From NCBI GenBank assembly GCA_950097015.1, contig CATNEN010000001.1, positions 19,654,001 through 19,718,000 of the forward strand: a stretch of DNA of 64,000 nt. Direction: 5' to 3'. The stretch comes from Macrostomum hystrix. Lineage: Eukaryota; Animalia; Platyhelminthes. Shown piece after piece: positions 1-11,377 of this stretch. Under the pieces are notes generated by a model. That model made no database searches, had not been told where the DNA came from, and was given only the letters and a program-made list of their open reading frames with translations. A program made the translations under genes and the position numbers. Position 1 is the first letter of the stretch. Each line of letters opens with the position of its first letter.

Positions 1-144
1 GTGTTCGGTGTCCATTAATCTTTTTATTATCCAACATGCTTTTTCAACACGTAAGTTTTTCAAGCTTTTAAGGGCAAATGAAAAAAAATTACATTATAAC
101 TTTAGCTAAATATATTTATATAACCTCAAATATAACCTGTCCAG

Positions 145-1136
145 CCAGCTGAAGGTGCCGGTGCCGGTGCCGCCGGTGCCACTGTGACGGCCGCCTCTGC
201 CACCTCCGCTGCTACCGCCACCACCACCAGCTCCGCTGCTGCCACTGTAAGTATTTTGTATCTGCTAGTATTCACGTTTACTTGTAGCAGATCTATATAA
301 GCGGTATTCAGCACGCTATGCAGAGAGATAGCATAGAAACCCTGTCGCAAATTTTACGAGCTCGTAGTATAGTATAGCATTGCATAGCATGATACCTTGC
401 CCCAGATTCTACACAGGCCTACGATATCGTATAGATGTAAATTAGCAAGATGTGCATTACTGTTCATTCGATCTAAATCCTACTCAAAATAGACACCGGA
501 CGCGCGTCGGTCCGTTATTAATGGATCCTCGTATTTGAGGTTATACTTTAAGCCTCTACATGCTCATACAAGCCTCATACATACTTTAATTTAAAAAATA
601 TAGATAGACATCGATGCCTCATTCGGCAGTGGCGACGACGAAGGCCCTGCCGAAGTCAGTATCCGCGGCCCTACGCGGGGAGCAAGCTTTAAGGGTGCAC
701 GAAAGGCAGCAGGCCAAGCAGAAGTCCTCCGGCGGCTCCTTAGCAATGACGATTCAGCCGTAACTGTTAGTGCTACCCGGAGCAAAGGCCGCGGAGCTTT
801 TGCTGCGTGTGCCCTCGCCAGAGGAGCATGCGTATGCGAATATGCAGGCAAGCTCCTCAGCAAGACTGAATCCGACACTCGCTACGTTGAGCTCGCCGAG
901 GCCGACAAGGACACGTTTTTTTTATTTTACTTTGAATACAATGGCCGGGAATATGCTATCGACGCCACGGACACCGATCGCGTCGGAAGGTTCCTGAATC
1001 ATTCTCGGACAACAAAAAAACTGCCGGTGTCCAATATCCGGGAGGCGTGATTCGACCGGCCCTATATTTCCAGACTACAAGATATGTTCCTAAGGGACGC
1101 CGAAACTGTGGAGATTGCAAGTGGCTGAACGATTAG
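145..1136 (+). pseudogene. Degenerate SET-domain (SETD8/PR-Set7-like) lysine methyltransferase, 3' exons; not in the ORF track
   Basis: Exon 145-246 (Ala/Thr-rich, cag|...|gtaagt) joins in phase 0 to an exon from 604. That exon reads ...KGRGAFAACALARGACVCEYAGKLL...FLFYFEYNGREYAIDATDTDRVGRFLNHSR and stops at 1048-1050. A shifted frame continues RPALYFQTTRYVPKG...KWLND*, but the ELxYDY motif is absent. Confidence 0.7.
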
Positions 1137-1528
1137 AATAAAACTCGTTCTAAAAATATTCCCGTCAGAAATCAATGCAAGATAAAGCTTAAACATACTT
1201 AAAAAATCGATTTAGACCACTTACAATTCTTTACTTAATAGCTTAATTGCTTAGTTGCTTAATACTTAATTACTTCATGGCTGATATATTGCTCATAATT
1301 TTTTTTCATTGACCTCCTTATATTTTCTTTTTTAATTTTTGGTTTGCTTAGTACTTCGTATTTTACTTTGCTTACAATTTTGTGTTGCTTTGCTTATCAT
1401 TTTGCTTATTGGTTTGATAATTGAAGATTTTCTCTCCCTAGTGGGCCATACTTCGAAAAAAATAACATGGTCGATAATGAGATTAGAATTTCGCAGCATT
1501 TCCAAGAAATAAATTCGATTACTTAATT

Positions 1529-2682
1529 CAGGGGTCGGCAAACTCCGGCCCGCGGGCCAGATGCGGCCCTCGAAGCTCCCAAATCCGACCCGTTGCCCCT
1601 TCTGACATCTACAGTGTCCTGTTTCATCTCTCTCGCGTCTCATCTCTCCTGTATCTAATCTCTCCCGTGTCTAATCTCTCCCGTGTCTAATCTCTCCCGT
1701 GTCTAATTTCTCCCGTGTCTAATCTCTCCTGTGTCTAATCTCTCCCGTGTCTAATTTCTCCCGTGTCTAATCTCTCCCGTGTCTAATCTCTCCCGTGTCT
1801 AATCTCTCCCGTGTCTCATCTCTCCCGTGTCTAATTTCTCCCGTGTCTAATTTCTCCCGTGTCTAATCTCTCCCGTGTCTAATCTCTCCCGTGTCTAATT
1901 TCTCCCGTGTCTAATTTCTCCCGTGTCTAATCTCTCCCGTGTCTAATCTCTCCCGTGTCTAATCTCTCCCGTGTCTCATCTCTCCCGTGTCTAATTTCTC
2001 CCGTGTCTAATTTCTCCCGTGTCTAATCTCTCCCGTGTCTAATCTCTCCCGTGTCTAATCTCTCCCGTGTCTAATTTCTCCCGTGTCTAATCTCTCCTGT
2101 GTCTAATCTCTCCCGTGTCTAATCTCTCCCGTGTCTAATCTCTCCTGTGTCTAATTTCTCCCGTGTCTAATCTCTCCCGTGTCTAATCTCTCCCGTGTCT
2201 AATTTCTCCCGTGTCTAATCTCTCCTGTGTCTAATCTCTCCCGTGTCTAATCTCTCCCGTGTCTAATCTCTCCTGTGTCTAATTTCTCCCGTGTCTAATC
2301 TCTCCCGTGTCTAATCTCTCCCGTGTCTAATTTCTCCCGTGTCTAATCTCTCCTGTGTCTAATCTCTCCCGTGTCTAATCTCTCCCGTGTCTAATTTCTC
2401 CCGTGTCTAATCTCTCCTGTGTCTAATCTCTCCCGTGTCTAATCTCTCCTGTGTCTAATCTCTCCCGTGTCTAATTTCTCCCGTGTCTAATCTCTCCCGT
2501 GTCTAATCTCTCCCGTGTCTAATCTCTCCCGTGTCTCATCTCTCCCGTGTCTCATCTCTCCCGTGTCTCATCTCTCCCGTGTCTCATCTCTCCCCTATCT
2601 CATATTTATACAGTCAATGCGGCCCGCTGTCGTCTTTTAGGCTCTCTCTTGGCCCGCCAGCAAATAAGTTTGCCTACCCCTG
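1529..2682. mobile_element. Non-autonomous hAT (Charlie-like) MITE containing a 16-bp minisatellite
   Basis: TIRs CAGGGGTCGGCAAACT ... AGTTTGCCTACCCCTG; exact 8-bp TSD ACTTAATT at 1521-1528 and 2683-2690; subterminal GCGGCCC/GGCCCGC motifs. Confidence 0.9.
1620..2600. repeat. 16-bp minisatellite CCGTGTCTAATCTCTC, about 60 copies
   Basis: Direct tandem repeat inside the hAT MITE. Confidence 0.97.
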
Positions 2683-3329
2683 ACTTAATTCGAAACTAAT
2701 TAATGTAAAGTTCCTGGTCTTTTTATATTATTTCTAGAACCTGAAGAGAGAATAAATGCTCCAGACATTAGAAGGTCGGTATACTGATATGAAGTTTCTT
2801 CACTTTACCTTCTGGCCATCCTAGGTTTGTGTATTCGGACTTTCAGTTGTGTAAATATTCTGAAATCGTGTATAGACCTCCTAAAGCGAAAAATATCCTA
2901 AGTAGTTGTCAAACATTTTTCTATGCGGCCAAGTGAATCTCGACTTTTAGTCGATCGAATCGACTCGACTTTTATCTCGATTTTTATAGTTACATATATT
3001 TGTACAACTGTCCAAAACTTTTTTGTAAATTACGTTATAGATCCGTGTCCTTTGTTACAATTAAGATGTTTTTTGTTCGATTTCACAGTGATTCAGGTGT
3101 TTTGATTTTAAGACGCCATTTTTTCCATTTATTAGAAATGCATTCGTTGAATAATAACATTATATACTTATATATACAAGGGCTGTGGTCTATGATAGCT
3201 TGACTCTATGGTCAGGTGCAAGTACTGTCACTGCTGTCAAATCGATTTCCAGAAAGCCTTAGTAAAAGTGTGTTCGTTTTTTTGTAATTATATTTCCCTT
3301 AAAAATGAATTCTGGTTTCCTGTCAGCCA

Positions 3330-3948
3330 GTGTCAGATTTTTCTTGTCACCCATTGTCAGATTATTCTTGTCAGATTATTGTCACCCAGTGTCAGATTAT
3401 TCTTGTCACCCATTGTTAGATTATTCTTGTCAGATTATTCTTGTCGGATTATTCTTGTCAGATTATTGTCACCCAGTGTCAGATTATTCTTGTCAGATTA
3501 TTCTTGTCAGATTATTGTCACCCAGTGTCAGATTATTCTTGTCAGATAGTGTCAGATTATTCTTCTCAGATAGTGTCAGATTATTCTTGTCAGACAGTGT
3601 CAGATTATTCTTGTCAGACAGTGTCAGATTATTCTTGTCAGACAGTGTCAGATTATTCTTGTCAGACAGTGTCAGATTATTCTTGTCAGGCAGTGTCAGA
3701 TTATTCTTGTCAGACAGTGTCAGATTATTCTTGTCACCCAGTGTCAGATTATTCTTGTCACCCAGTGTCAGATTATTCTTGTCACCCAGTGTCAGATTAT
3801 TCTTGTCAGACAGTGTCAGATTATTCTTGTCAGACAGTGTCAGATTATTCTTGTCAGGCAGTGTCAGATTATTCTTGTCAGACAGTGTCAGATTATTCTT
3901 GTCACCCAGTGTCAGATTATTCTTGTCAGACGGTGTGAGATTATTATT
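3330..3948. repeat. 24-bp minisatellite TGTCAGATTATTCTTGTCAGACAG (14+10 bp subunits)
   Basis: Tandem repeat about 200 bp upstream of the phosphatase ATG. Confidence 0.95.
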
Positions 3949-4143
3949 GCTAGAAATTTTCTGCCGATAAAAGAAGTATAAAATAAGTAAGATTGGGCAC
4001 TCGACTCTTGCTGAGGTGTTAAGATTAAAAGTGCAACAAAGTGGTTTCAGCCACAGACTAATAAGAGAAGGCGTTCATAGAAAACTTTGTATCTCGGCTA
4101 GCTGAGTTTGTTGAGCTAAACAAGCTAAAACCTTGGCCCAGAC

Positions 4144-5589
4144 ATGGCTGTGCGAGCTGGTGTCGACTTGAACGAGCTGATCCTGCGCCTAATCAGTTTC
4201 TCAGCTGAAGACTACACCACTCACCCGAACCTGACTGCTGATGAATGCCTTCTAGTCTGCCAGCAGTCAATCACCTACCTCGCCACCACGACCATCTGCC
4301 TCCAGGTGCAGTCGCCCATTAACATTGTCGGCGACATTCACGGCCAATTCCACGACCTCCTGCGCATCTTCGACCATCTGGGCGCGCCGCCGAATTCCAA
4401 GTACATCTTCCTTGGCGACTACATCGACAGGGGCAAGTATTCGTTGGAGGTGATGGTGCTGCTGCTTAGCCTCATGCTGGTGTACCCTAACAGTGTCTTC
4501 CTGCTTCGGGGCAACCACGAGGTGGCCAGTGTCTGCTCTCGCTACGGCTTCAAGGACGAGGTGATGCAGCGATACGGCTTGGAGACTGGAACCAGTGTAC
4601 TCACGGGTTTCCTGCGCTGCTTCCAGTGGCTGCCTCTGGCCGGCGTCATCAATCAGCAGATCTTCTGCTGTCACGGTGGCATCTCGCCAACATTCGAGCT
4701 GGAGCCCTACATCAGCTCCAAGCCGGACGCCGCGATAAACGCACTCAACAACGCCATCCAACGACCGTTTGAGCCGCCACAGTTTGGAACTCCCTGCGAC
4801 CTGCTGTGGGCTGACCCGATGCCACTTCCCCAGTTCTGCCACTTCAAGGCCGGCAAACGACCCGCCAAGGTGCACTGGACGCCTAGCAAGCGAGGCTGCT
4901 CGTACATGTTCTCTCAGGAGGCCCTGGAACTGGCGCTGCATGTCTTCGGCGTTAAAATGCTTGTCCGTGGACACCAGATGGTTCAAGAGGGCTTCTTATC
5001 CCATCTTAAAAGGTGACGAAAGAATCCTACTGGCTGGGTTAAAAATAACAGCTTCTCAAGTGATCATCTCGAAAGGGTTTCCCCGCAGGGGTTTCCCCGC
5101 AGGGGTTTCCCCGCAGGGGTTTCCCCGCAGGGGTTTCCCCGCAGGGGTTTCCCCGCAGGGGTTTCCCCGCAGGGGTTTCCCCGCAGGGGTTTCCCCGCAG
5201 GGGTTTCCCCGCAGGGGTTTCCCCGCAGGGGTTTCCCCGCAGGGGTTTCCCCGCAGGGGTTTCCCCGCAGGGGTTTCCCCGCAGGGGTTTCCCCGCAGGG
5301 GTTTCCCCGCAGGGGTTTCCCCGCAGGGGTTTCCCCGCAGGGGTTTCCACACTTAGTGAAAATCGTCAATCCGCAATTGTCTGTTTGCACACTTCTTTTG
5401 GGAATCGTACCCTTTAGACGCTGCATCACATTGTTCAGCGCTCCTGGCTACAGCGGCACTCACACCAACTGTGGCGCGGTGCTGCAGATTTACAAGGACA
5501 AGATCAGCACTAGCAAACCTGGAAAATTCTTCGTCCTGAAGCCGGTCGAGAACAAACCTGTGATCGGCCTGTTCTGGGTTAAAGGCTAG
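4144..5589 (+). CDS. Divergent PP1-like Ser/Thr phosphoprotein phosphatase (PPP family), 2 exons, about 346 aa
   Basis: Exons 4144-5012 and 5418-5589 (AG|gtgacg ... tttag|A). Motifs GDIHG, GDYIDRG, RGNHE, HGG, DLLWADP, RGHQ and ITLFSAPGY are present. Confidence 0.93.
5075..5348. repeat. 14-bp minisatellite GGGGTTTCCCCGCA, about 20 near-perfect copies (phosphatase intron)
   Basis: Direct tandem repeat. Confidence 0.97.
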
Positions 5590-7583
5590 CGGAGCAACAA
5601 TTCGGCTATAGTGAGCTCTTATTTTAGCTGAGACGGATGAGTCCTAAATACTGCGAAACACAATTAGCATGCAGCCTGGAAGCAGCTGGGGTCATTTTTT
5701 CGCATGTTTTACTTCAAAATATAAAAATAACAAATGGTGACCTTATTTTTAGTTTGCTTTGGCTTTTTCTGGCCGTTCCTGTGGTCTCATGTAGAAAAGA
5801 GCAAAATTTGCTTTCCGTACGGATTTGCCGAATATGCATAGAAATTAGAAAGTACAGCCAGAGCCACAGCTATTGCGCGGCGTTGCTCTCTAACGTCTCC
5901 CTAATCTGAGATTCAAACTCCTGACCTTCATCGGTCATAAGTCTGGCCGAAGTTCTAACCAGTCGATTGAAAAAGCTCAACTTATTTCCTTCTTAAGAAA
6001 GCCTTCAGGCCTTTTGAAACTGCCATCAAATAACGATTTAATAACGATTTTGTGCGTATTTATGCACAATTCACTCGTATTTATCAGCTCTTGTCAAGTG
6101 CTTCCCGAGAATCCTGGCGCTTTGGTGAGTACTGGCCTGTACCATTGCAAAAAAACTAATAAAAGCTTTGATTAGCAACGACACATAATTGGGCCAGGAG
6201 TTAATATGACCTATAAGCAAGTACGCACGTAAGGACCAAGCTGTAGTATAATTACTATAATGCTTACATGAACAGTTTTGGTCCTTGTTGTTGTTGCGTA
6301 CATCAGGATATCCTGTTGCGTATGCCAGGATATGTATATCGATTGATTATACTAAAAATAAGTCAAGACTCGTAATATACTATCTACCGGTATTACTTAA
6401 ACAAGAACAAAATGTCCACTAAAACAAAAAGTAGCAAAAATTAAAGATTTTGTATGTTTTATAGCACGACTACTTTTAAAACCTGAATATTAAATAAAAA
6501 ATGTTTTTTAATAAATTTTCTTATGCCTTTATATTTGATTGTAGTTTGCGTACTCTAGTGATATTCTACAGTTTATCTTAAAATAGGATTTTAATTTTTT
6601 ATATACAATTATACAATAATCTTATCTGAAATGGTCAAATCTTAGCTCTGAATTTATTATTTATTGTCTAATGACGATAGTCGAGCTTTATTTGCTTTAT
6701 TTCGTATCATAAGTTTCATTTAGTGATATATTTCGTGTTCTTTACTATATAACATAGGTCCACATCAAAGCAATGCATGTTTTTAATGCACTTGCAGATG
6801 TTAAGGTAGGCAATCCTCTAAGTTCTGCACCTATTTAATGTGACTACATAAACATCTAGATGGGAGATATCAGATAAAAACAAGGAAACATGCTAGCCAT
6901 GCTTTTTGCCCTGACTTGTCGGTTAAATTTAAAGCAATTTTCAAATTTATTATGTTATTAAATGGGTCTAATTTAAAAGTCAAATGAGCAATACTTGTTA
7001 TTTCATATTTATTAATAAACTAGCCAGTATGTTTCACACCAAGTATGTTTTTGCAATTCTACGTGTAATAATTCAACAAGCATTCGTTAATTATTTATAA
7101 TCATTATTTAGGATTCAAGTTTGTCCAGACTAATCATAATTCACCAATACATATACAAGATTTTTCATTTTAGATATTATTATTCATTTATGCGCAATTT
7201 TTAAAGATCAATAAAAAATGTATTGAAATACACACCCAACCAAATTTCTACCAATATTATACTAGTATATAAATTTTAATGCTGTGTTAACTGAAGCAAT
7301 GGGGTATATGATACTCGAGCACTAAAATACTTATCTTAGCTGTGTCCTACGTTTAGTGAAACCTACAAATGAATAAACAGCTGCCAGTTTTAATTAAAAT
7401 GCCAAAAGGCCAATTAATGGAAGAATTTTATTTCAAATGAATTTCCAACTCTTCTGGTTAAACGAAGATGTTCTATTAACAAATCCGTGTTTGTTAAGAA
7501 TTACACCAGCAAAACCTGCCTGACGGCATGGCATGCAGTTGAAATTGTCAAAGGAAAATTCACTGAAATACCAGAGAGAGTGG

Positions 7584-7988
7584 TCAGTAGATGTTGTTCG
7601 CATTGGAGATGACCCAGTCGATCAATCGGCTTTGAATTTCTTCATACGGCATGTACTCGAAGTTCAGAGCTAGTGACAAGGGCGTGTATTTTAGCTTGCT
7701 TGGCGCCCACATTTGCACGTAGGGGACATTGCCAATGCCCTGCGCCTCCGGGATAACCGGCCTGGGATTGCTGGTTGTGTCCAAGGCGGACAGCCGGATC
7801 GGGACGGATGACTTCAGGCCGCGGGAGCGCCATTCGGCCTGAGACCATGCGCTCAGCTCCCGGAACAATGGCACCATCTTGCCCTGACATATGTGGCAAG
7901 TCTGGGCACTGTAGAGCAGAATCTCCACCTGCATGCTGTTGTACTTGAAGTTGTATACTGTGTCAGAGGTCACCCAGGTTAGGGTCAT
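7584..7988 (-). CDS. Thioredoxin-fold protein (CxxC = CHIC)
   Basis: ILLYSAQTCHICQGKMVPLFRELS resembles the Trx beta2-CxxC-alpha2 segment; GNVPY is a cis-Pro loop candidate; codon usage is GC-rich. Start taken at the ATG at 7988. Confidence 0.7.
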   Translation of the reverse strand: MTLTWVTSDTVYNFKYNSMQVEILLYSAQTCHICQGKMVPLFRELSAWSQAEWRSRGLKSSVPIRLSALDTTSNPRPVIPEAQGIGNVPYVQMWAPSKLKYTPLSLALNFEYMPYEEIQSRLIDWVISNANNIY

Positions 7989-8192
7989 GTTTAGGCGCGT
8001 TTGTTTTGCTGCGCTGATGGTTCCTCTGAGATTTAGTTCGTTTTGAGCGCGACTTGCTTTACAAGGTATGCTCAAACTACAGTTTATTGTAACTGACAGG
8101 ATTTTAGACCATAGACTATATCGCTTTCTGTGGACTAGGAGTGCAAATCGTGTTATTAGCTCGTAATTAGGTTTGATTTCTAGATAAATTTA

Positions 8193-8343
8193 AACGTAAG
8201 GGCGTAAATTAATTGCACAACAAGCCCCCAAAGCTTTCTCTCCGCGGCTGCGCCCCAAATAAATGCGGCCTCGCCGTGGAATCGAACTAAGGGACCGTGG
8301 TGCGAGATGCCAACGCGTTAACCGCTCTGCCGCCGACCCCCCT
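8193..8343 (-). mobile_element. tRNA-derived SINE family A, 5' fragment
   Basis: Reverse-complement match to the head of the 61778-62108 copy (CCGCGGCTGCG, GGAATCGA, AACGCGTTAAC). Confidence 0.8.
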
Positions 8344-8369
8344 ACTGCAGATAACATACGCCCTAAATT

Positions 8370-8505
8370 AGCCCAGCTAATGCTAGTACCCATTTAACCG
8401 CTGGGTGACTGAAGCAATAAAGAAAATTAATTGTCTTGCCAAGGAACACTAATCTTTCCAATGGAGTCAAGATTCGAACCACAGACCTTCAAGCCGTAAG
8501 ACGTG
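8370..8505 (-). mobile_element. tRNA-derived SINE family B fragment
   Basis: Contains GTACCCATTT...GGGTGACTGAAGCA...TGTCTTGCCAAGGAACAC...GATTCGAACC (B box, reversed); similar to 58205-58330 and 5905-5965. Confidence 0.6.
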
Positions 8506-8577
8506 AATGAAAAAAACAAGAATTCTAAAGACAGAATACTTGATTAATCATCGCACTGTCCATATCATTTATTTCAG

Positions 8578-11377
8578 TCTGACTTAAACGAGGCAGTTCG
8601 ATCAGGGGATGCGGGTCGAGTCCGCGACTTGTTCCTTAGCAACCAGAGCCAGGTGCGACTCATGGTTGAACGCGACCGCCTGCTGCATGTCGCCAGCGGC
8701 TTCGGACATCTGGAGGTGGTCAGGGAACTGCTGCAGGTGAGGGATGGACACATTGGATAGAGGGATTGTCTAGAGACTCGAGTGATCTGGGTAAAGAGTG
8801 AGTGGAGTGTAGGTAGACTGTAGGTACAGTGTGGGTAGACATGGAAAGAGTTAGATCTGAGTAGAGTGTGAGTAGATCTGGGTAGAGTATGAGTAGATCT
8901 GTGTTGAGTGTGGGTAGATCTGGGTAGAGTGTGAGTAGATCTGAGTAGAGTGTGAGTAGATCTGAGTAGAGTGTGGGTAGATCTGAGTAGAGTGTGAGTA
9001 GATCTGAGTAGAGTGTGGGTAGATCTGAGTAGAGTGTGGGTAGATCTGAGTAGAGTGTGGGTAGATCTGAGTAGAGTGTGAGTAGATCTGAGTAGAGTGT
9101 GGGTAGATCTGAGTAGAGTGTGGGTAGATCTGAGTAGAGTGTGGGTAGATCTGAGTAGAGTGTGGGTGGGCACCTGTATGCTACACCGGCGAATATTTGC
9201 AGCACGGCGTGCCGCCAAACTTGTCGAGTCCGAATTCGGGCCGGCGCCCTCTGCATGAGGCGGCCTCCGGCGGCTTCGATGCGGTGGTTCGCGAGCTTCT
9301 GCCATGGCTGCGGCGCGCCTCCGGTGACAGCCCCTGCGACGGCGTCGATGCTGTTGACGAGCGCGGCAGAACGGCGGTTCACGCAGCCTCCGAGCAGGGT
9401 GAGGTTGCCTGCCTCGACCTCCTGGCCGGCGCGGGAGCTTCTCTGACTGTCGCCGACAAGGCCGGAGTCACAGCCGCTCACCTGGCAGCCGGGCGCGACC
9501 ACGCCGAGCTGCTGCGCCGTCTGCGAAAGCGCTGCGGCCCCGCGGCCGGACCCGCCCTGCTGGCTACCGGAGATGCCAAGGTGGCGCTTCAAGGGACGGA
9601 TGCAGGGTTTGAAGGGATGGATGCAGGGTTTGAAGGGATGGATGCAGGGTTTGAAGGGATGGATGCAGGGTTTGAAGGGATGGATGCAGGGTTTGAAGGG
9701 ACGGATGCAGGGTTTGAAGGGATGGATGCAGGGTTTGAAGGGATGGATGCAGGGTTTGAAGGGACGGATGCAGGGTTTGAATGGATGGATGCAGGTTTGA
9801 GGGGATGGATGCAGGGTTTGAAGGGATGGATGCAGGGTTTGAAGGGACGGATGCAGGGTTTGAAGGGATGGATGCAGGGTTTGAAGGGATGGATGCAGGG
9901 TTTGAAGGGACGGATGCAGGTTTTGAAGGGATGGATGCAGGGTTTGAAGGGATGGATGCAGGGTTTGAAGGGATGGATGCAGGGTTTGAAGGGATGGATG
10001 CAGGGTTTGATGGGATGGATGCAGGGTTTGAAGGGATTTCTCCAAGTCCCAGCCTCACCTTCCATTGCGGCGCAGGGCTTAACGCCGGCGCATTGGGCCG
10101 CTGTCAGCGGAGCCACCCGCGCTCTGCACGCCCTAGCCTCCGAGTTGAAGGCGCCGGTCGACCTGCCGGACCGTCAGGGGAACCGGCCGGCCCACCTGGC
10201 CGCCAGGCACGACAAGCTCGCCTGCCTGCGGCTGATGGCAGACCGGGGCGTGGCGCTTGATTCGCCCGGACGGGATGGAAAACTGCCGCTGCACTTTGTG
10301 AGTGAAATTTTTGGGTCACTCGCACTGTCACTGTTGGTCAATCAGTCACTAAAGTGTCACTTGTCACAAATTCACTCACGATGTCTCTTGGTCAATCACA
10401 ATGTCTGTTGGTCATTCCCAATGTCTCTTGGTCATTCCCAATGTCTCTTGGTCATTCCCAATGTCTCTTGGTCATTCCCAATGTCTCTTGGTCATTCACA
10501 ATGTCTCTTGGTCACTCACGATGTCTCTTGGTCAATCCTAATGTCTCTTGGTCATTCCCAATGTCTCTTGGTCAATCACAATGTCTCTTGGTCAAGAGAC
10601 ACTCGGTCACTCAAGATGTCACTCGGCAACTCAAAATGTCACTCAGCAACTCAAAATGTCACTCAGCAACTCAAAATGTCACTCAGCAACTCAAAATGTC
10701 ACTCAGCAACTCAAAATGTCACTCAGCAACTCAAAATGTCACTCAGCAACTCAAAATGTCACTCGGTCACTAAAAATGTCACTCGGCCACTCTGAATTCC
10801 TGCAGGCGGCCCAATTCGGCAATCTGCAGTGCCTGCACTGGCTGCTGGAGCAGGGGGCGGATCCCAATGCTCAAGATGGTAAGCACAGGATGAATGCTTT
10901 AAAATCTGAACTTGGAGATTGTAGCAAAAATTGACCGACCAATCCGACCCTGAAAAACCCGAAGCGCATGGCAACACAGCCGGACATTGGGGCAATCTGT
11001 CTGGCCAGGTCGAGTGCTTCGCTTGCTGGCTACGTCACCATGGCAACCAGGAGCTAACCAATGCTGCCGGGGAGACCTGCGCAATGGCGGCTAGGCGCGC
11101 CGGCCATCCACTGCGCATGGCAACCGTTGCTAACCAAACTGGGAGCAATGAGACTGCTCCGTCTTGTCCGCTGTGCGAGGAGAAAGATCGCAAATGGAAG
11201 TGGGAGCAGGCCCACCAGTCCACCCCGGTGCTGCGGGCTATCGGGGCCAGCGCGCGGCGGGTGTACACGGACCCGCTCGGCGACTACCGGGCCAACCTGC
11301 ACAGGCGCAGCGTGGACTCGCGCGGACTCAAATCTGCGTCCGTACAGGCACCTGCGATGAAACCGCGACTGAGCTGA
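8578..11377 (+). CDS. Ankyrin-repeat protein, at least 5 exons; 5' end uncertain
   Basis: Exons 8578-8736, 9203-9580, 10076-10297, 10806-10878 and 10965-11377 join in frame. Repeats include LLHVASGFGHLEVVRELLQ, GRRPLHEAA, GRTAVHAAS, GLTPAHWAA, GNRPAHLAA, GKLPLHFAA and GNTAGHW. AATAAA lies near 11531. Confidence 0.9.
8852..9168. repeat. 21-bp minisatellite AGATCTGAGTAGAGTGTGGGT (ankyrin gene intron)
   Basis: Tandem repeat, about 15 copies. Confidence 0.95.
9590..10037. repeat. 21-bp minisatellite GAAGGGATGGATGCAGGGTTT (ankyrin gene intron)
   Basis: Tandem repeat, about 21 copies, starting about 10 nt after the donor. Confidence 0.95.
10380..10790. repeat. Two adjacent related 20-bp minisatellites, AATGTCTCTTGGTCATTCCC then AAATGTCACTCAGCAACTCA (ankyrin gene intron)
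   Basis: Tandem repeats with a switch near 10595. Confidence 0.93.

Noticed and set aside
4267-4986. Antisense ORFs over GC-rich exons (also 42064-42492, 57571-58182, 29410-29772)
   Set aside because: They are shadow ORFs caused by the codon bias of the real genes on the opposite strand.
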